Positions 1 through 13,035 of a DNA stretch of 64,000 nucleotides are shown here, one piece after another (positions within the stretch are counted from its first letter, which is position 1; each line of letters opens with the position of its first letter). Below the pieces are notes generated by a model. It did no database searches. It had not been told where the DNA came from and worked only from the letters and a program-made list of their open reading frames with translations. The translations under genes were made by a program, and so were the position numbers. This DNA comes from Macrostomum lignano (lineage: Eukaryota): positions 1-64,000 of the forward strand of contig NIVC01003766.1 in the NCBI GenBank assembly GCA_002269645.1, written 5' to 3'.

Positions 1-164
1 AAGCTCAAGTGAGTGCGGGTCGAATTTTTTTTTGTGAAAAAACGAATGTTTGAATGCCCCTTAAAACAGTTATTAAATGTTGCAGTTGCAAATAAAATCT
101 GTCTATTTTTGAACTTTTAATTTTTACACAAAAGTCGAAATAGTCGCAATTAACATTCACTAGC

Positions 165-860
165 AGCATCCAGCATCAATTAGCTACATGTGTAATTAGC
201 ATCAATGTTCTACAGGTGTAATTAGCATCAATTAGCTACATGTGTAATTAGCATCAATTAGGTACAGGTGTATTAGCCTCAATTAGCTACATGTGTAATT
301 AGCATCAATTAGGTACATGTGTAATTAGCATCAATGTTCTACAGGTGTAATTAGCATCAATGTTCTACAGGTGTAATTAGCATCAATTAGCTACATGTGT
401 AATTAGCATCAATAAGGTACAGGTGTAATTAGCCTCAATTAGCTACATGTGTAATTAGCATCAATTAGGTACATGTGTAATTAGCATCAATGTTCTACAG
501 GTGTAATTAGCTCAATTAGCTACATGTGTAATTAGCATCAATGTTCTAACAGGTGTAATTAGCATCAATTAGCTACATGTGTAATTAGCATCAGTTAGGT
601 ACAGGTGTAATTAGCCTCAATTAGCTACATGTGTAATTAGCATCAATTAGGTACAGGTGTAATTAGCACCAATTAGGTACAGGTGTAATTAGCATCAATT
701 AGCTACATGTGTAATTAGCATCAATTAGCTACATGCAAATTAGCATCAATTATGTACATGTGTAATTAGCGTCAATTAGGCACAGGTGTAATTAGCATAA
801 ATTTTAGGTACAGGTGTAATTAGCATCAGGTACAGGTGTAATTAGCATCAATTAGCTACA
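165..860. repeat. 26-bp minisatellite (GTGTAATTAGCATCAATTAGCTACAT) in the intron upstream of the ACE exon
   Basis: About 26 tandem copies with point variants, read directly. Confidence 0.95.
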
Positions 861-924
861 GGTGAAGTTATTACGAGATTAAGTTCATATTTTTATGTTT
901 ATATTATTAATAAACAAACTTCAG

Positions 925-1192
925 AGCCCTGCTGGAGAGCGGCACCTCACTGCACTGGGAGGAGGCCCTGTTCAAGATTAGCGGCACACGGCAGATCAGC
1001 GCCAAACCCCTGCTTGACTATTTCGCACCGCTGCTCCAGGCCTACATTGGCGGCCAAGAACAAGGAGAACGGAGTCAGTGTCGGATGGGGCAATAACTGC
1101 CCCCAGACGATTGGTACAGTCAGCCAGTCAGCTGGGGTCTTTGTCAGCCTGTCAGGTCTTTGCTGCTGGCCGCCATTGCTGTTTCACTGTGA
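925..1192 (+). CDS. Terminal exon of an angiotensin-converting-enzyme-like peptidase (M2 family), with two apparent 1-bp indels
   Basis: Acceptor TTCAG ends at 924. The frame from 926 reads ALLESGTSLHWEEALFKISGTRQISAKPLLDYFAPLLQAY, matching the ACE C-terminal pattern G-S..W.EAL...G.....A..LL.YF.PL. A +1 shift near 1046 gives LAAKNKENGVSVGW, and a -1 shift near 1158 gives LLLAAIAVSL-TGA (1190-1192). Confidence 0.85.
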
Positions 1193-2036
1193 GGCTTATC
1201 AGGCACTGATAGACGGACTTCTGACGCCTTCCAGTTAACCTTATAAACTCGTGTTATTTAATCAGTAAAGGAGTGAATGTTATGTAAGGATAAAATTCCT
1301 TAATGAGTATGAACAAGCCCTGCTAAAATCAAATTTGGCGCCATCCTGACACTTATTTTAGCGAACATCCTGACACAAATTTACAGGCCCCTCCAGCAAT
1401 AAATCAGTGCCCTTCTGACGCCCAATTGACACATCATTTGGCGCGCAATCAACCCAGATATCAGTGCCAAAATTTGACACTAAATTTCAGCGCCTTCTGA
1501 CACCAACGACATTTCTGTCCCTGCCCGACACCTCTTGATCTAGTTCGCCCTTAGTTTAATCAAAATCTAAACTGTAATATGTGGACCTCTTCACAACGGA
1601 ATTCCGATATATTTCGCGTAACTTCACAACCGCACTATTATTATCAGAAAACAAATATATAATACGATGTAAAGCTTCTGTACTACTCATTGAATAAAGT
1701 AGTACATTGCGCCCTATTGATCGCATCCTACTCATATTGTCTCTAATGAGAGTTGAAGAAGCCAACTCGTTATGAAATTTTCAGCAGCGAGCTGAGCAAG
1801 CACAAAGTACTTTTAGGGTCCTTAAGCACTGCTTTGGCCTGACTTAAGGCATTGATTGACTACAGGGGGATCTTGTAGAACTTTCTGTTTAGAATAGTAC
1901 TAAAGCACATTTTTACTCGAATGACTGATCCTCAGAAATGTAGAATGTCTTTAGAATTTTCGATAGACCGTTTGTAAGTACATTGATTCATGATGAACCC
2001 CTCAATTTGCTGACACTTTACTAGCTTCTTTTCTTC

Positions 2037-3797
2037 ACTAATCTGACACATCATTCTTCCATAATCTGACACATCATTCTTTTCAATAATCTGACACATC
2101 ATTCTTTCCATAATCTGACACATCATTCATTCCATAATCTGACACATCATTCTTTTCATAATCTGACACATCACTCTTTCATAAATCTGACACATCATTC
2201 TTTTCATAATCTGACACATCATTCTTTCCATAATCTGACACATCATTCATTCCATAATCTAACACATCATTCTTTTCATAATCTGACACATCACTCTTTC
2301 ATAATCTGACACATCACTCTTTCATAATCTGACACATCACTCTTTCATAATCTGACACATCATTCTTATCATAATCTGACACATCATTCTTCTTCCATAA
2401 TCTGACAATCACTCTTTCAAAATCTGACACATCACTCTTTCATAATCTGACACATCACTCTTTCATAATCTGACACATCATTCTTTCCATAATCTGACAC
2501 ATCATTCTTTCCATAATCTGACACATCATTCTTTCCATAATCTGACACATCATTCTTCACTTATCTGACACATCACTCTTTCATAATCTGACACATCACT
2601 CTTTCAAAATCTGACACATCACTCTTTCATAATCTGACACATAATTCTTCCCATAATCTGACACATCATTCTTTCCATAATCTGCCACATCATTCTTTCC
2701 ATAATCTGACACATCATTCTTCACTTATCTGACACATCACTCTTTCATAATCTGACACATCACTCTTTCATAATCTGACACATCACTCTTTCAAAATCTG
2801 ACACATCACTCTTTTATAATCTGACGCATCATTCTTTCCATAATCTGACACATCATTCTTCACTAATCTGAACATCACTCTTTCATAATCTGCCACATCA
2901 TTCTTTTTCAATAATCTGACACATCACTCTTCCATAATCTGACACATTTTCTTTTCCATAATCTGACACATCATTCTTCACTAATCTGACACATCACTCT
3001 TTCATAATCTGACACATCACTCTTTCAAAATCTGACACATCACTCTTTCATAATCTGACACATCACTCTTTCAAAATCTGACACATCACTCTTTCATAAT
3101 CTGACACATCATTCTTCCCATAATCTGACACATCATTCTTTCCATAATCTGCCACATCATTCTTTCCATAATCTGACACATCATTCTTCACTTATTATCT
3201 GACACATCACTCTTTCATAATCTGACACATCACTCTTTCATAATCTGACACATCACTCTTTCATAATCTGACACATCACCTCTTTCATAATCTGACACAT
3301 CACTCTTTCATAATCTGACACATCACTCTTTCAAAATCTGACACATCACTCTTTCATAATCTGACACATCATTCTTCCTAATCTGACACATCATTCTTTC
3401 CATAATCTGCCACATCATTTTTCCATAATCTGACACATCATTCTTCACTTATCTGACACATCACTCTTTCAAATCTGACACATCACTCTTTCATAATCTG
3501 ACACATCATTCTTCCCATAATCTGACACATCCATTCTTTCCATAATCTGCCACATCATTCTTTCCATAATCTGACACATCATTCTTCACTTATCTGACAC
3601 ATCACTCTTTTCATAATCTGACACATCACTCTTCCATAATCTGACACATCATTCTTTCCATAATCTGACACATCATTCTTCACTAATCTGACACATCACT
3701 CTTTCATAATCTGACACATCACTCTTTCATAATCTGACACATCATTCTTTTCATAATCTGAACATCATTCTTTCCATAATCTGACACATCATTCTTC
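2037..3797. repeat. 23/24-bp minisatellite (ATAATCTGACACATCA[C/T]TCTTTC), about 75 copies
   Basis: Direct tandem repetition with recurring variant units. Confidence 0.97.
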
Positions 3798-4028
3798 CTC
3801 CTTTTTTCCTCGTGTTGGACATCACACTTCAGACTTTACATATTTTTTATCAGCCATACGCATTGTTCTCATCAAGCAACACAGAATGTGCAGTACATTT
3901 TGTGCACTTTTAGTAGCTAATTTCTCTGAGCAGATAGAATTGCTCACATAAAAACAAACAAGGTACTGAATAGGCTTATAGCCATTCTCAATATAATTAG
4001 ATAATCCAGCGCCGATATGTTGAGTAAA

Positions 4029-4534
4029 TCATATAACTGGCAGTGCGATAGCTGTGGGCCCAGCTGCTGCTGACGCTGCCGCTGACGCCGAAGTGCTGCC
4101 GTCGCCACTCTCGGTGGACTCCTCTGACAGCGCGCTCAGCGGGCGCCGATCTTGGCGCCGATCTTGGCGCCGATCTTGGCGCCGATCTTGGCGCCTCCTG
4201 GCGCCTCGCAAATCGATGAAACTCAACTGATCGGAGTCGGGGCGGCGATCTGTCGACACGCTGTCGACCTGAACCGATCCTTCGAAAGAGGATGAAGACG
4301 TTGATGAAGCACTCGAGGAAGCTGAGCAATCGTTGGATTCCTCCGAGTCGCTGCTGCTGCAGCTGGAGAGGCTCTCAGAGCTCGATGAGGATGAAGATGT
4401 TGAGTCGCATTCGCTGCTTCAGTAGGCCTCACGGAGGGCCTGCGAGTCCTGCAGGCTGCAGCTGCGGCCGGCCATGCCGACTGAGCTGGGGATGCTGGAG
4501 AGGCGGTGATGGGGCGCTGGATTATTCTCAGTTT
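4029..4534 (-). CDS. Putative terminal exon of an unidentified Ser-rich low-complexity protein, with an in-frame TGA at 4419-4421
   Basis: Candidate acceptor ...TAGATAG before 4534. One frame reads ETENNPAPHHRLSSIPSSVGMAGRSCSLQDSQALREAY*SSECDSTSSSSSSSES...RRQDRRQDRRQD...IALPVI*. GC-rich island between repeats. No homology recognised. Confidence 0.45.
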
Positions 4535-4548
4535 CTATCTAGGCACCA

Positions 4549-5180
4549 GCCTCCCAGATCCTCCGTTTCTGATCCAGCCTCCCAGATCCTCAGTTGCTGA
4601 TCCAGTCTCCCAGATCCTCAGTTGCTGATCCAGTCTCCCAGATCCTCAGTTGCTGATCCAGTCTCCCAGATCCTCAGTTGCTGGGCCAGCCTCCCAAATC
4701 CTCGGTTGCTGGGCCAGCCTCCCAGATCCTCAGTTGCTGATCCATTCCAGCCTCCTAAATCTTCAGTTGTTGGGCCAGCCTCCCAGATTCTCGTTTGCTG
4801 GGCTAGCCAGATCCTCAGTTGCTGGGCCATGCAGCCTCCTAAATCCTCAGTTTCTGAGCCAGCCTCCAAAATCTTCAGTTGCTGGGCCAGCCTCCCAGAT
4901 CCTCAGTTGCTGGGCCAGCCTCCCAGATCCTCAGTTGCTGGGCCAGCCTCCTAAATCCTCAGTTGCTGGGCCAGCCTCCTAAATCCTCAGTTGCTCGACC
5001 AGCCTCCCAGATCCTCAGTTGCTGGGCCAGCCTTCAAGATCCTCCTACAGTTGCTGGGCCAGCCTTCAAGATCCTCCTACAGTTGCTGGGCTAGCCTCCC
5101 AGACCCTCAGTTGCTGAGCTACCGCCACCCTCGCAGCTCCCAGACCCTCAGTTGCTGAGCTACCGCCACCCTCGCAGCTC
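4549..5180. repeat. 28-bp minisatellite (CCCAGATCCTCAGTTGCTGGGCCAGCCT), degenerate array 1
   Basis: Tandem copies with the same unit as 6881-7962. Confidence 0.93.
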
Positions 5181-5739
5181 TTAGACCCTCCTTGACTCAA
5201 AAGAGCGATGAAACTCCACAGGACCCCTCAGTCTCGGCGGCAGCAGCCAGCAGTTGATGCCGAGGCAAAGATAAATCGTATTGCAATTTCGGCTGGAGTG
5301 CAGGAATCTGCAGCTAATTGCTTTTGCATTTTTTCTTCTAGAAGGATTGGCCAATGAGGATGCTTCTCCCGTCAAAGAAAGATGGCAAATCATTCTAAAA
5401 GCTGGTGAAGGACAGACAGAGTTAGCAGAAATATGAAAGCATTTCGGTGAAATTATGCGGCAACTGTTGCTGCGGACACAACTTTTAAGCTCTGGACGAC
5501 AATCTAATAAAAATAAATAAGGCATTAGTGCGGAAACCGATCGAGCTGTCCACCTTCGCTATGCCATTTTCTCCACGTGCATCTTTCCTTGCTTTTGATC
5601 CCGTTACTCCTGCCTGCCGTTTCTGGCGCTTACAGTTACTTACAGTACTAATGACAAATTGTATTTGGCCCGCTGATGTTAGCCAAGGGTTCAGCCGTCC
5701 ATGACCCTTACAATAATAAAAGTACAACTTCAAATTGAA

Positions 5740-5934
5740 AAATAACAACGGCAACGTCAATTTTAACAATAACAATAACAAAGAACTTATAATTTCATCA
5801 ACAGTAACAATAACTTTGATTTCAACACCGACAACACCGACAGCGACTTCAATTTCAAAAACAACAACCTCAATTAAATCAATAAAAATAACAATGACAA
5901 CCTCAAGTTCAACAATAACAACAACCTCAATTTC

Positions 5935-5966
<32 letters not shown>

Positions 5967-6234
5967 CCTCAATTTCAACAACAACAACAACAACAGCAAC
6001 CTCAATTAAATCAATAAAAATACCAATGACAACCTCAATTTCAACAATAACAACATCCTCAATTTCAACAACAACAACAACAACAATTTCAACAACAACA
6101 ACAACAACAACCTGAATTTCAACAACAACAACAACAAAAACCTCAATTTCAACAACAACAACAACCTCAATTTCAACAACAGCAACAACAACCTGAATTT
6201 CAACAACAACAACAACCTCAATTTCAACAACAGC

Positions 6235-6271
<37 letters not shown>

Positions 6272-6282
6272 GCCTCAATTTC

Positions 6283-6314
<32 letters not shown>

Positions 6315-6322
6315 CCACAATT

Positions 6323-6353
<31 letters not shown>

Positions 6354-6540
6354 TCTCAATTTCAACAACAACAACAACAACAACAACAACAACCTCAATT
6401 TCAACAACAACAGCAGCAGCAACAACAACAACAACAACAACAACCTCAATTTCAACAACCACAACAACAACAACAACAATAACCTCAAAACTACGAAAAC
6501 TTCGATTTCAACAACAACCTCAATTGCTAAGACAACAAAG
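5740..6540. repeat. Degenerate (AAC)n microsatellite punctuated by CTCAATTTC
   Basis: AAC runs interrupted by a recurring 9-bp motif. The poly-T/V/L ORFs derive from it. Confidence 0.85.
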
Positions 6541-6880
6541 ACACCACAATCAAAAATCAGACGCAACAAAATATCCACCAGTTGAGCACCCGAAATCCTA
6601 TCAAACATAATCTGACGACTTGAACTCCCAGTTTCGCAGACCTAAATATATATATATATATATCTTTATACATGTATTAGATGCATTGAAATCCCTATTT
6701 TCCCCAGCGTATTGTAACATGCACCATAAATCATCTGCACAGTTCGGGGCCGAGACATTCCCAGACCGAGAGGGCGCTGGAAGCTGGCCAGCTCTCTTAA
6801 TCCAGTCCTGACACCCAGAAATATTAATAGATTGGTAATATCGAAGCCAAAGCGTCCAGAGTAGCCACTGGGAATGGACT

Positions 6881-7962
6881 GCCCAGATCCTCAGTTGCTG
6901 GGCCAGCCTCCCAGAGTGTCAGTTGCTGAGCCAGCCTCCCAGATCCTCAGTTGCTGAGCCAGCCTCCCAGAGTGTCAGTTGCTGAGCCAGCTTCCCAGAT
7001 CCTCAGTTGCTGGGCCAGCCTCCCAGATCCTCAGTTGCTGAGCCAGCCTCCCAGAGTGTCAGTTGCTGAGCCAGCTTCCCAGATCCTCAGTTGCTGGGCC
7101 AGCCTCCCAGATCCTCAGTTGCTGAGCCAGCCTCCCAGATCCTCAGTTGCTGGGTTAGCCTCCCAGATCCTCAGTTGCTGGGCCAGCCTCCCAGATCCTC
7201 AGTTGCTGGGCCAGCCTCCCAGATCCTCAGTTGCTGAGCCAGCCTCCCAGATCCTCAGTTGCTGGGCCAGCCTCCCAGATCCTCAGTTGCTGAGCCAGCC
7301 TCCCAGATCCTCAGTTGCTGGGCCAGCCTCCCAGATCCTCAGTTGCTGGGCCAGCCTCCCAGATCCTCAGTTGCTGGGCTAGCCTCCCAGATCCTCAGTT
7401 GCTGGGCCAGCCTCCCAGATCCTCAGTTGCTGGGCCAGCCTCCCAGATCCTCAGTTGCTGGGCCAGCCTCCCAGATCCTCAGTTGCTGGGCCAGCCTCTC
7501 AGATCCTCAGTTGCTGGGCCAGCCTCCCAGATCCTCAGTTGCTGGGCCAGCCTCCCAGATCCTCAGTTGCTGGGCCAGCCTCCCAGATCCTCAGTTGCTG
7601 GGCTAGCCTCCCAGATCCTCAGTTGCTGAGCCAGCCTCCCAGATCCTCAGTTGCTGGGCCAGCCTCCCAGATCCTCAGTTGCTGGGCCAGCCTCCTAGAT
7701 CCTCAGTTGCTGAGCCAGCCTCCCAGATCCTCAGTTGCTGGGCCAGCCTCCCAGATCCTCAGTTGCTGAGCCAGCCTCCCAGATCCGCAGTTGCTGGGCC
7801 AGCCTCCCAGATCCTCAGTTGCTGGGCCAGCCTCCTAGATCCTCAGTTGCTGAGCCAGCCTCCCAGATCCTCAGTTGCTGGGCCAGCCTCCCAGATCCTC
7901 AGTTGCTGAGCCAGCCTCCCAGATCCTCAGTTGCTGGGCCAGCCTCCCAAATCCTCAGTTGA
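6881..7962. repeat. 28-bp minisatellite, homogeneous array 2 (about 38 copies)
   Basis: Near-perfect tandem copies of CCCAGATCCTCAGTTGCTGGGCCAGCCT. Confidence 0.97.
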
Positions 7963-8422
7963 CAAAGTATTCCCAAGATTCGACGACATTTCTGTACTAA
8001 GCATCATTACTGAGCATTACTGCTCAGAATACATTCATTAAACAGGTGCTAATGAGGTGAGATTAGGGGGGGGGCAACATGGCTCACCTGGAAAATTTTC
8101 GAACCAAAGCTTCGAATAGTTTCGAATCGGGCAGCGACTTGGATCGGGTTAATTTTACACCTTCCATAGTTTGAGCTGTAGTTTTCGTTTAAAATCGAAC
8201 CTCGCGTGAATTATTTGTTTATTTGAGCATTTCAAATGAGAAAATAACGCGGCGAAGAGGACAAAATTCCTATTGGAATTTTTTAGCATATTTTATACAC
8301 TACTGTGAGGGTATTAAGCCTTAGAAAATACTGCCTAGCACAGTTCCCATTGGTCAGGAATTCTTGGGGGCTGATGCGGCTAGCGAATTGGGAACTCAAC
8401 AAACTCGGTCGTTTAACTGGAG

Positions 8423-9407
8423 GCGCCAAGATTGTGAATAAGTCAGAAGGCGCCAAATAAAGTGAATGAGTCAGAAGGCGCCAAATTAGGTGAATAAGTC
8501 AGGGGGCGCCAAATAAAGTGAATAAGTCAGGAGGCGCCAAATTAGGTGAATGCGTCAGAAGGCGCCAAATAAAGTGAATAAGTCAGAAGGCGCCAAATAA
8601 AGTGAATGAGTCAGAAGGCGCCAAATTCGGTAAATAAGTCAGAAGGCGCCAAATTAAGTGAATAAGTCAGAAGGCGCCAAATTAAGTGAATAAGTCAGAA
8701 GGCGCCAAATAAAGTGAATGCGTCAGAAGTCGCCAAATTAAGTGAATGAGTCAGAAGGCGCCAAAGTAAGTGAATAAGTCAGAAGGCGCCAAATTAGTTT
8801 AATGAGTCAGAAGGCGCCAAATTCGGTAAATAAGTCAGAAGGCGCCAAATTAGTTTAATGCGTCAGAAGGCGCCAAATTAGTTTAATGAGTCAGAAGGCG
8901 CCAAATAAAGTGAATAAGTCAGAAGGCGCCAAATTAGTTTAATGAGTCAGAAGGCGCCAAATTAAGTGAATAAGTCAGAAGGCGCCAAATTAAGTGAATA
9001 AGTCAGAAGGCGCCAAATTAATCGAATGAGTCAGAAGGCGCCAAATTCGATAAATAAGTCAGAAGGCGCCAAATTAGGTGAATAGGTCAGAAGGCGCCAA
9101 ATTAAGTGAATGAGTCAGAAGGCGCCAAATTAAGTGAATGAGTCAGAAAGCGCCAAATATAGTGAATGCGTCAGAAGGCGCCAAATTAGTTTAATGAGTC
9201 AGAAGGCGCCAAATAAAGTGAATAAGTCAGAAGGCGCCAAATTAGTTTAATGAGTCAGAAGGCGCCAAATTAAGTGAATAAGTCAGAAGGCGCCAAATTA
9301 AGTGAATAAGTCAGAAGGCGCCAAATTAAGTGAATGAGTCAAAGGGGGCCAAATTAAGTGAATGAGTCAGAAGGCGCCAATTTAAGTGAATAAGTCAGAA
9401 GGCGCCC
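8423..9407. repeat. 28-bp minisatellite (GAATAAGTCAGAAGGCGCCAAATTAAGT), about 35 copies
   Basis: GGCGCC recurs every 28 bp (8645, 8673, 8701...). Confidence 0.96.
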
Positions 9408-9639
9408 CCACAAGCCGCCTTATAGACTTAGGAGGTTAATGAGCCTGGCTTGGTAATTTGTCACTCGCAAGTTACATACCGCAGTCTGCTGTTAAACTTA
9501 AAAGTACAACTAAAGAATTATTTTTCTAGTCGAATAACGTTATTAAATCTGGAACTGAAAATTGCCATACAAATAAAAGTAGTGTTGATTTAATTTCTTA
9601 CTGCCTCACCATAATATTGTCTCATTTTGTCAGTCTCCC

Positions 9640-10135
9640 TCTATTTCACTGTCACTCTCACCCTAGCACTGTCACTCTGTACGACTCATTGTCTGTCTCT
9701 CATACTTACACTCACTCTATCACTCTCACTGTCACTCTATTCCACTCACTGTCACTCCATCACACTCACAGTCACTCCATCACACTCACAGTCACTCTAT
9801 CACACTCACAATCACTCTATTACACTCACTGTCACTCCATCACACTCATTGTCACTCCATCGCACTGACTGTCACTCCATCACATTCACTGTCACTCTAT
9901 CACACTCACTGTCACTCCATTACACTCACTGTCACTTCATCACACTCACTGTCACTCCATCACACTCACAGTCACTCTATCACACTCACAATCACTCTAT
10001 TACACTCACTGTCACTCCATCGCACACAGTCACTCCATCACACTCACTGTCACTCCATCACATTCACAGTCACTCTATCACATTCACAGTCACTACATCC
10101 TATTCACACTCACTCCATCACACTCATTTTCACGC
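9640..10135. repeat. CACT/CATCA-rich minisatellite (about 20-bp unit)
   Basis: Tandem CACTCACTGTCACTCCATCA-type units. Confidence 0.9.
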
Positions 10136-10704
10136 CTGTCTCATTCACAGTTCTCATTCACAGCCCTAGTTAATATTAATTCTGTGGCACCCCAATTAGG
10201 AAGATTTTCTAGAAACTTCCAACCTATACAGGGAAACCCTATCTTGGAAATCTCGCTGAAGCCAGACAAAATAAAAGTTAAGAACTTTCTTTTTCTCTCA
10301 AAGCAGCAATCATGACCGACCGCCATTTTTGAAGCCGTGAAAAAAAGTTTTTTCCCTCGTCTTTCAAATCCTTCAAAGCGGCTGGCCAGAAATCTCGGGC
10401 AAAAGCGCAGAGTGAGGGAAACTTGCTATACTCTGATAAAGCTCTGAGGATCTCATATACTTGCTGACTGGACTCAGAGATTCCGCGAAAGACACCCCAC
10501 ACCCCTAGCTGGCGCAGCCGCCACTAATTTGCATTCGGACGGACCTAATTAATTTTAATCAGCTGGCCGGGCAGCCCCCTGTGATTTGGGAAGTGCTCCC
10601 CTTGCTCTGGAAAATATCCCTCTTACCCCTCACTCTCTTGACGGTCGCGCCAGGGACACCTTGAAAAAGAAATCTGGAGAGTGCAAATCTCTTCTCATCA
10701 GACT

Positions 10705-11895
10705 GTCATTCTGTCACACTCACTGTCACACTTTCACACTCGCTGTCACTCTGACCCACACTTTCACACTTTCACACTCGCTGTCACTCCGTCTCACCTC
10801 TTGTCACTCCATCGCATTCACAGTAACTCCATCACAGTCACAGTCACTCTGTTACTCTCACTGTCACTCTATTACACCCACTGTCACTCCATCGCATTCA
10901 CAGTCACTCCATCACACTCGCAGTCACTTCATCACAGTCACAGTCACTCCATCACACTCGCAGTCACTTCATCACAGTCACAGTCACTTCATCACAGTTA
11001 CAGTCACTCCATCACAGTTACAGTCACTCCATCACACTCGCAGTCACTTCATCACAGTCACAGTCACTCCATCACAGTCACAGTCACTCCATCACAGTCA
11101 CAGTCACTCCATCACAGTCACAGTCACTCCATCACAGTCACAGTCACTCCATCACAGTCACAGTCACTCCATCACAGTCACAGTCACTCCATAACAGTCA
11201 CAGTCACTCCATCACAGTCACAGTCACTCCATAACAGTCACAGTCACTCCATCACAGTCACAGTCACTCCATCACAGTCACAGTCACTCCATCACAGTCA
11301 CAGTCACTCCATCACAGTCACAGTCACTCCATCACAGTCACAGTCACTTCATCACAGTTACAGTCACTCCATCACAGTTACAGTCACTCCATCACACTCG
11401 CAGTCACTTCATCACAGTCACAGTCACTCCATCACAGTCACAGTCACTCCATCACAGTCACAGTCACTCCATCACAGTCACAGTCACTCCATCACAGTCA
11501 CAGTCACTCCATCACAGTCACAGTCACTCCATCACAGTCACAGTCACTCCATAACAGTCACAGTCACTCCATCACAGTCACAGTCACTCCATAACAGTCA
11601 CAGTCACTCCATCACAGTCACAGTCACTCCATCACAGTCACAGTCACTCCATCACAGTCACAGTCACTCCATCACAGTCACAGTCACTCCATCACAGTCA
11701 CAGTCACTCCATCACAGTCACAGTCACTCCATCACAGTCACAGTCACTCCATCACAGTCACTCTATCACACTCGCAGTCACTTCATCACAGTCACAGTCA
11801 CTCCATCACAGTCACAGTCACTCCATCACAGTCACAGTCACTCCATCACAGTCACAGTCACTCCATCACAGTCACAGTCACTCCATCACACCCAC
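10705..11895. repeat. 20-bp minisatellite (CATCACAGTCACAGTCACTC)
   Basis: Long near-perfect array. The His/Ser/Thr ORFs are artefacts of it. Confidence 0.96.
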
Positions 11896-12257
11896 TGTCA
11901 AAGCTAGCTGTGACAGTCACTCCTATAAGATGATCAGTCCTTATCATTCTATGACATCAGAAATTTGTACCAAACAAGCAACTCTCTCTCCAAATCTTCG
12001 TTCTTGCATCCTCCTTGGCCCCAACTCTGTGTATAAAATAGACCCTCAGGCGGCCTAATCCTTCCACTCGAAATTTATATTGACAGCCTGTCTAATCCTG
12101 TATCTTTCTTGAAATAATTTTTTCGTCGGCTTTTTAATGCTTATATACTCGTTTATGGATTGCAATCTAGCTTATCTATTGGGTGTGATGTACGTAGCTA
12201 ATTATTATAGGCATAATAAATATAGACTGCCTATAACTCACTGCTTGTATTGGGTGG

Positions 12258-13035
12258 CTATAAATCTGTATTGGCTGTAAATCTGTCATTGGCTGTAAAT
12301 CTGTCATTGGCTGTAAATCTGTCATTGGCTATAAATCTGTCATCGCTGTAAATCTGTATTGGCTGTAAATCTGTCATTGGCTGTAAATCTGTCATTGGCT
12401 GTAAATCTGTCATTGGCTATAAATCTGTCATTGGCTGTAAATCTGTCATTGGCTGTAAATCTGTCATTGACTGTAAATCTGTCATTGGCTGTAAATCTGT
12501 CATTGGCTGTAAATCTGTCATTGGCTGTAAATCTGTCATTGGCTGTAAATCTGTCATTGGCTGTAAATCTGTCATTGGCTGTAAATCTGTCATTGGCTGT
12601 AAATCTGTCATTGGCTGTAAATCTGTCATTGGCTGTAAATCTGTCATTGGCTGTAAATCTGTCATTGGCTGTAAATCTGTATTTATCTGTAAATCTGAAT
12701 ATTGCTGTAAATCTGTCATTGGCTGTAAATCTGTCATCGGCTGTAAATCTGTCATTGGCTGTAAATCTGTCATTGGCTATAAATCTGTCATTGGCTGTAA
12801 ATCTGTCATTGGCTGTAAATCTGTCATTGACTGTAAATCTGTCATTGGCTGTAAATCTGTCATTGGCTGTAAATCTGTAGTTATCTGTAAATCTGAATAT
12901 TGCTATAAATCTGTCATTGGCTGTAAATCTGTCATCGCTGTAAATCTGTATTTATCTGTAAATCTGAATATTGCTGTAAATCTGTCATTGGCTGTAAATC
13001 TGTCATCGGCTGTAAATCTGTCATTGGCTGTAAAT
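12258..13035. repeat. 18-bp minisatellite (TGGCTGTAAATCTGTCAT)
   Basis: About 43 tandem copies, giving LAVNLS and MTDLQP translation artefacts. Confidence 0.97.

Noticed and set aside
1556-2126. Short minus ORFs of 64-69 aa
   Set aside because: No homology is recognisable, and one starts within the minisatellite.
8423-9407. CRISPR-like appearance of 28-47-bp repeats (also 26586-26915)
   Set aside because: The units are head-to-tail with no unique spacers, the context is eukaryotic, and there are no cas genes.
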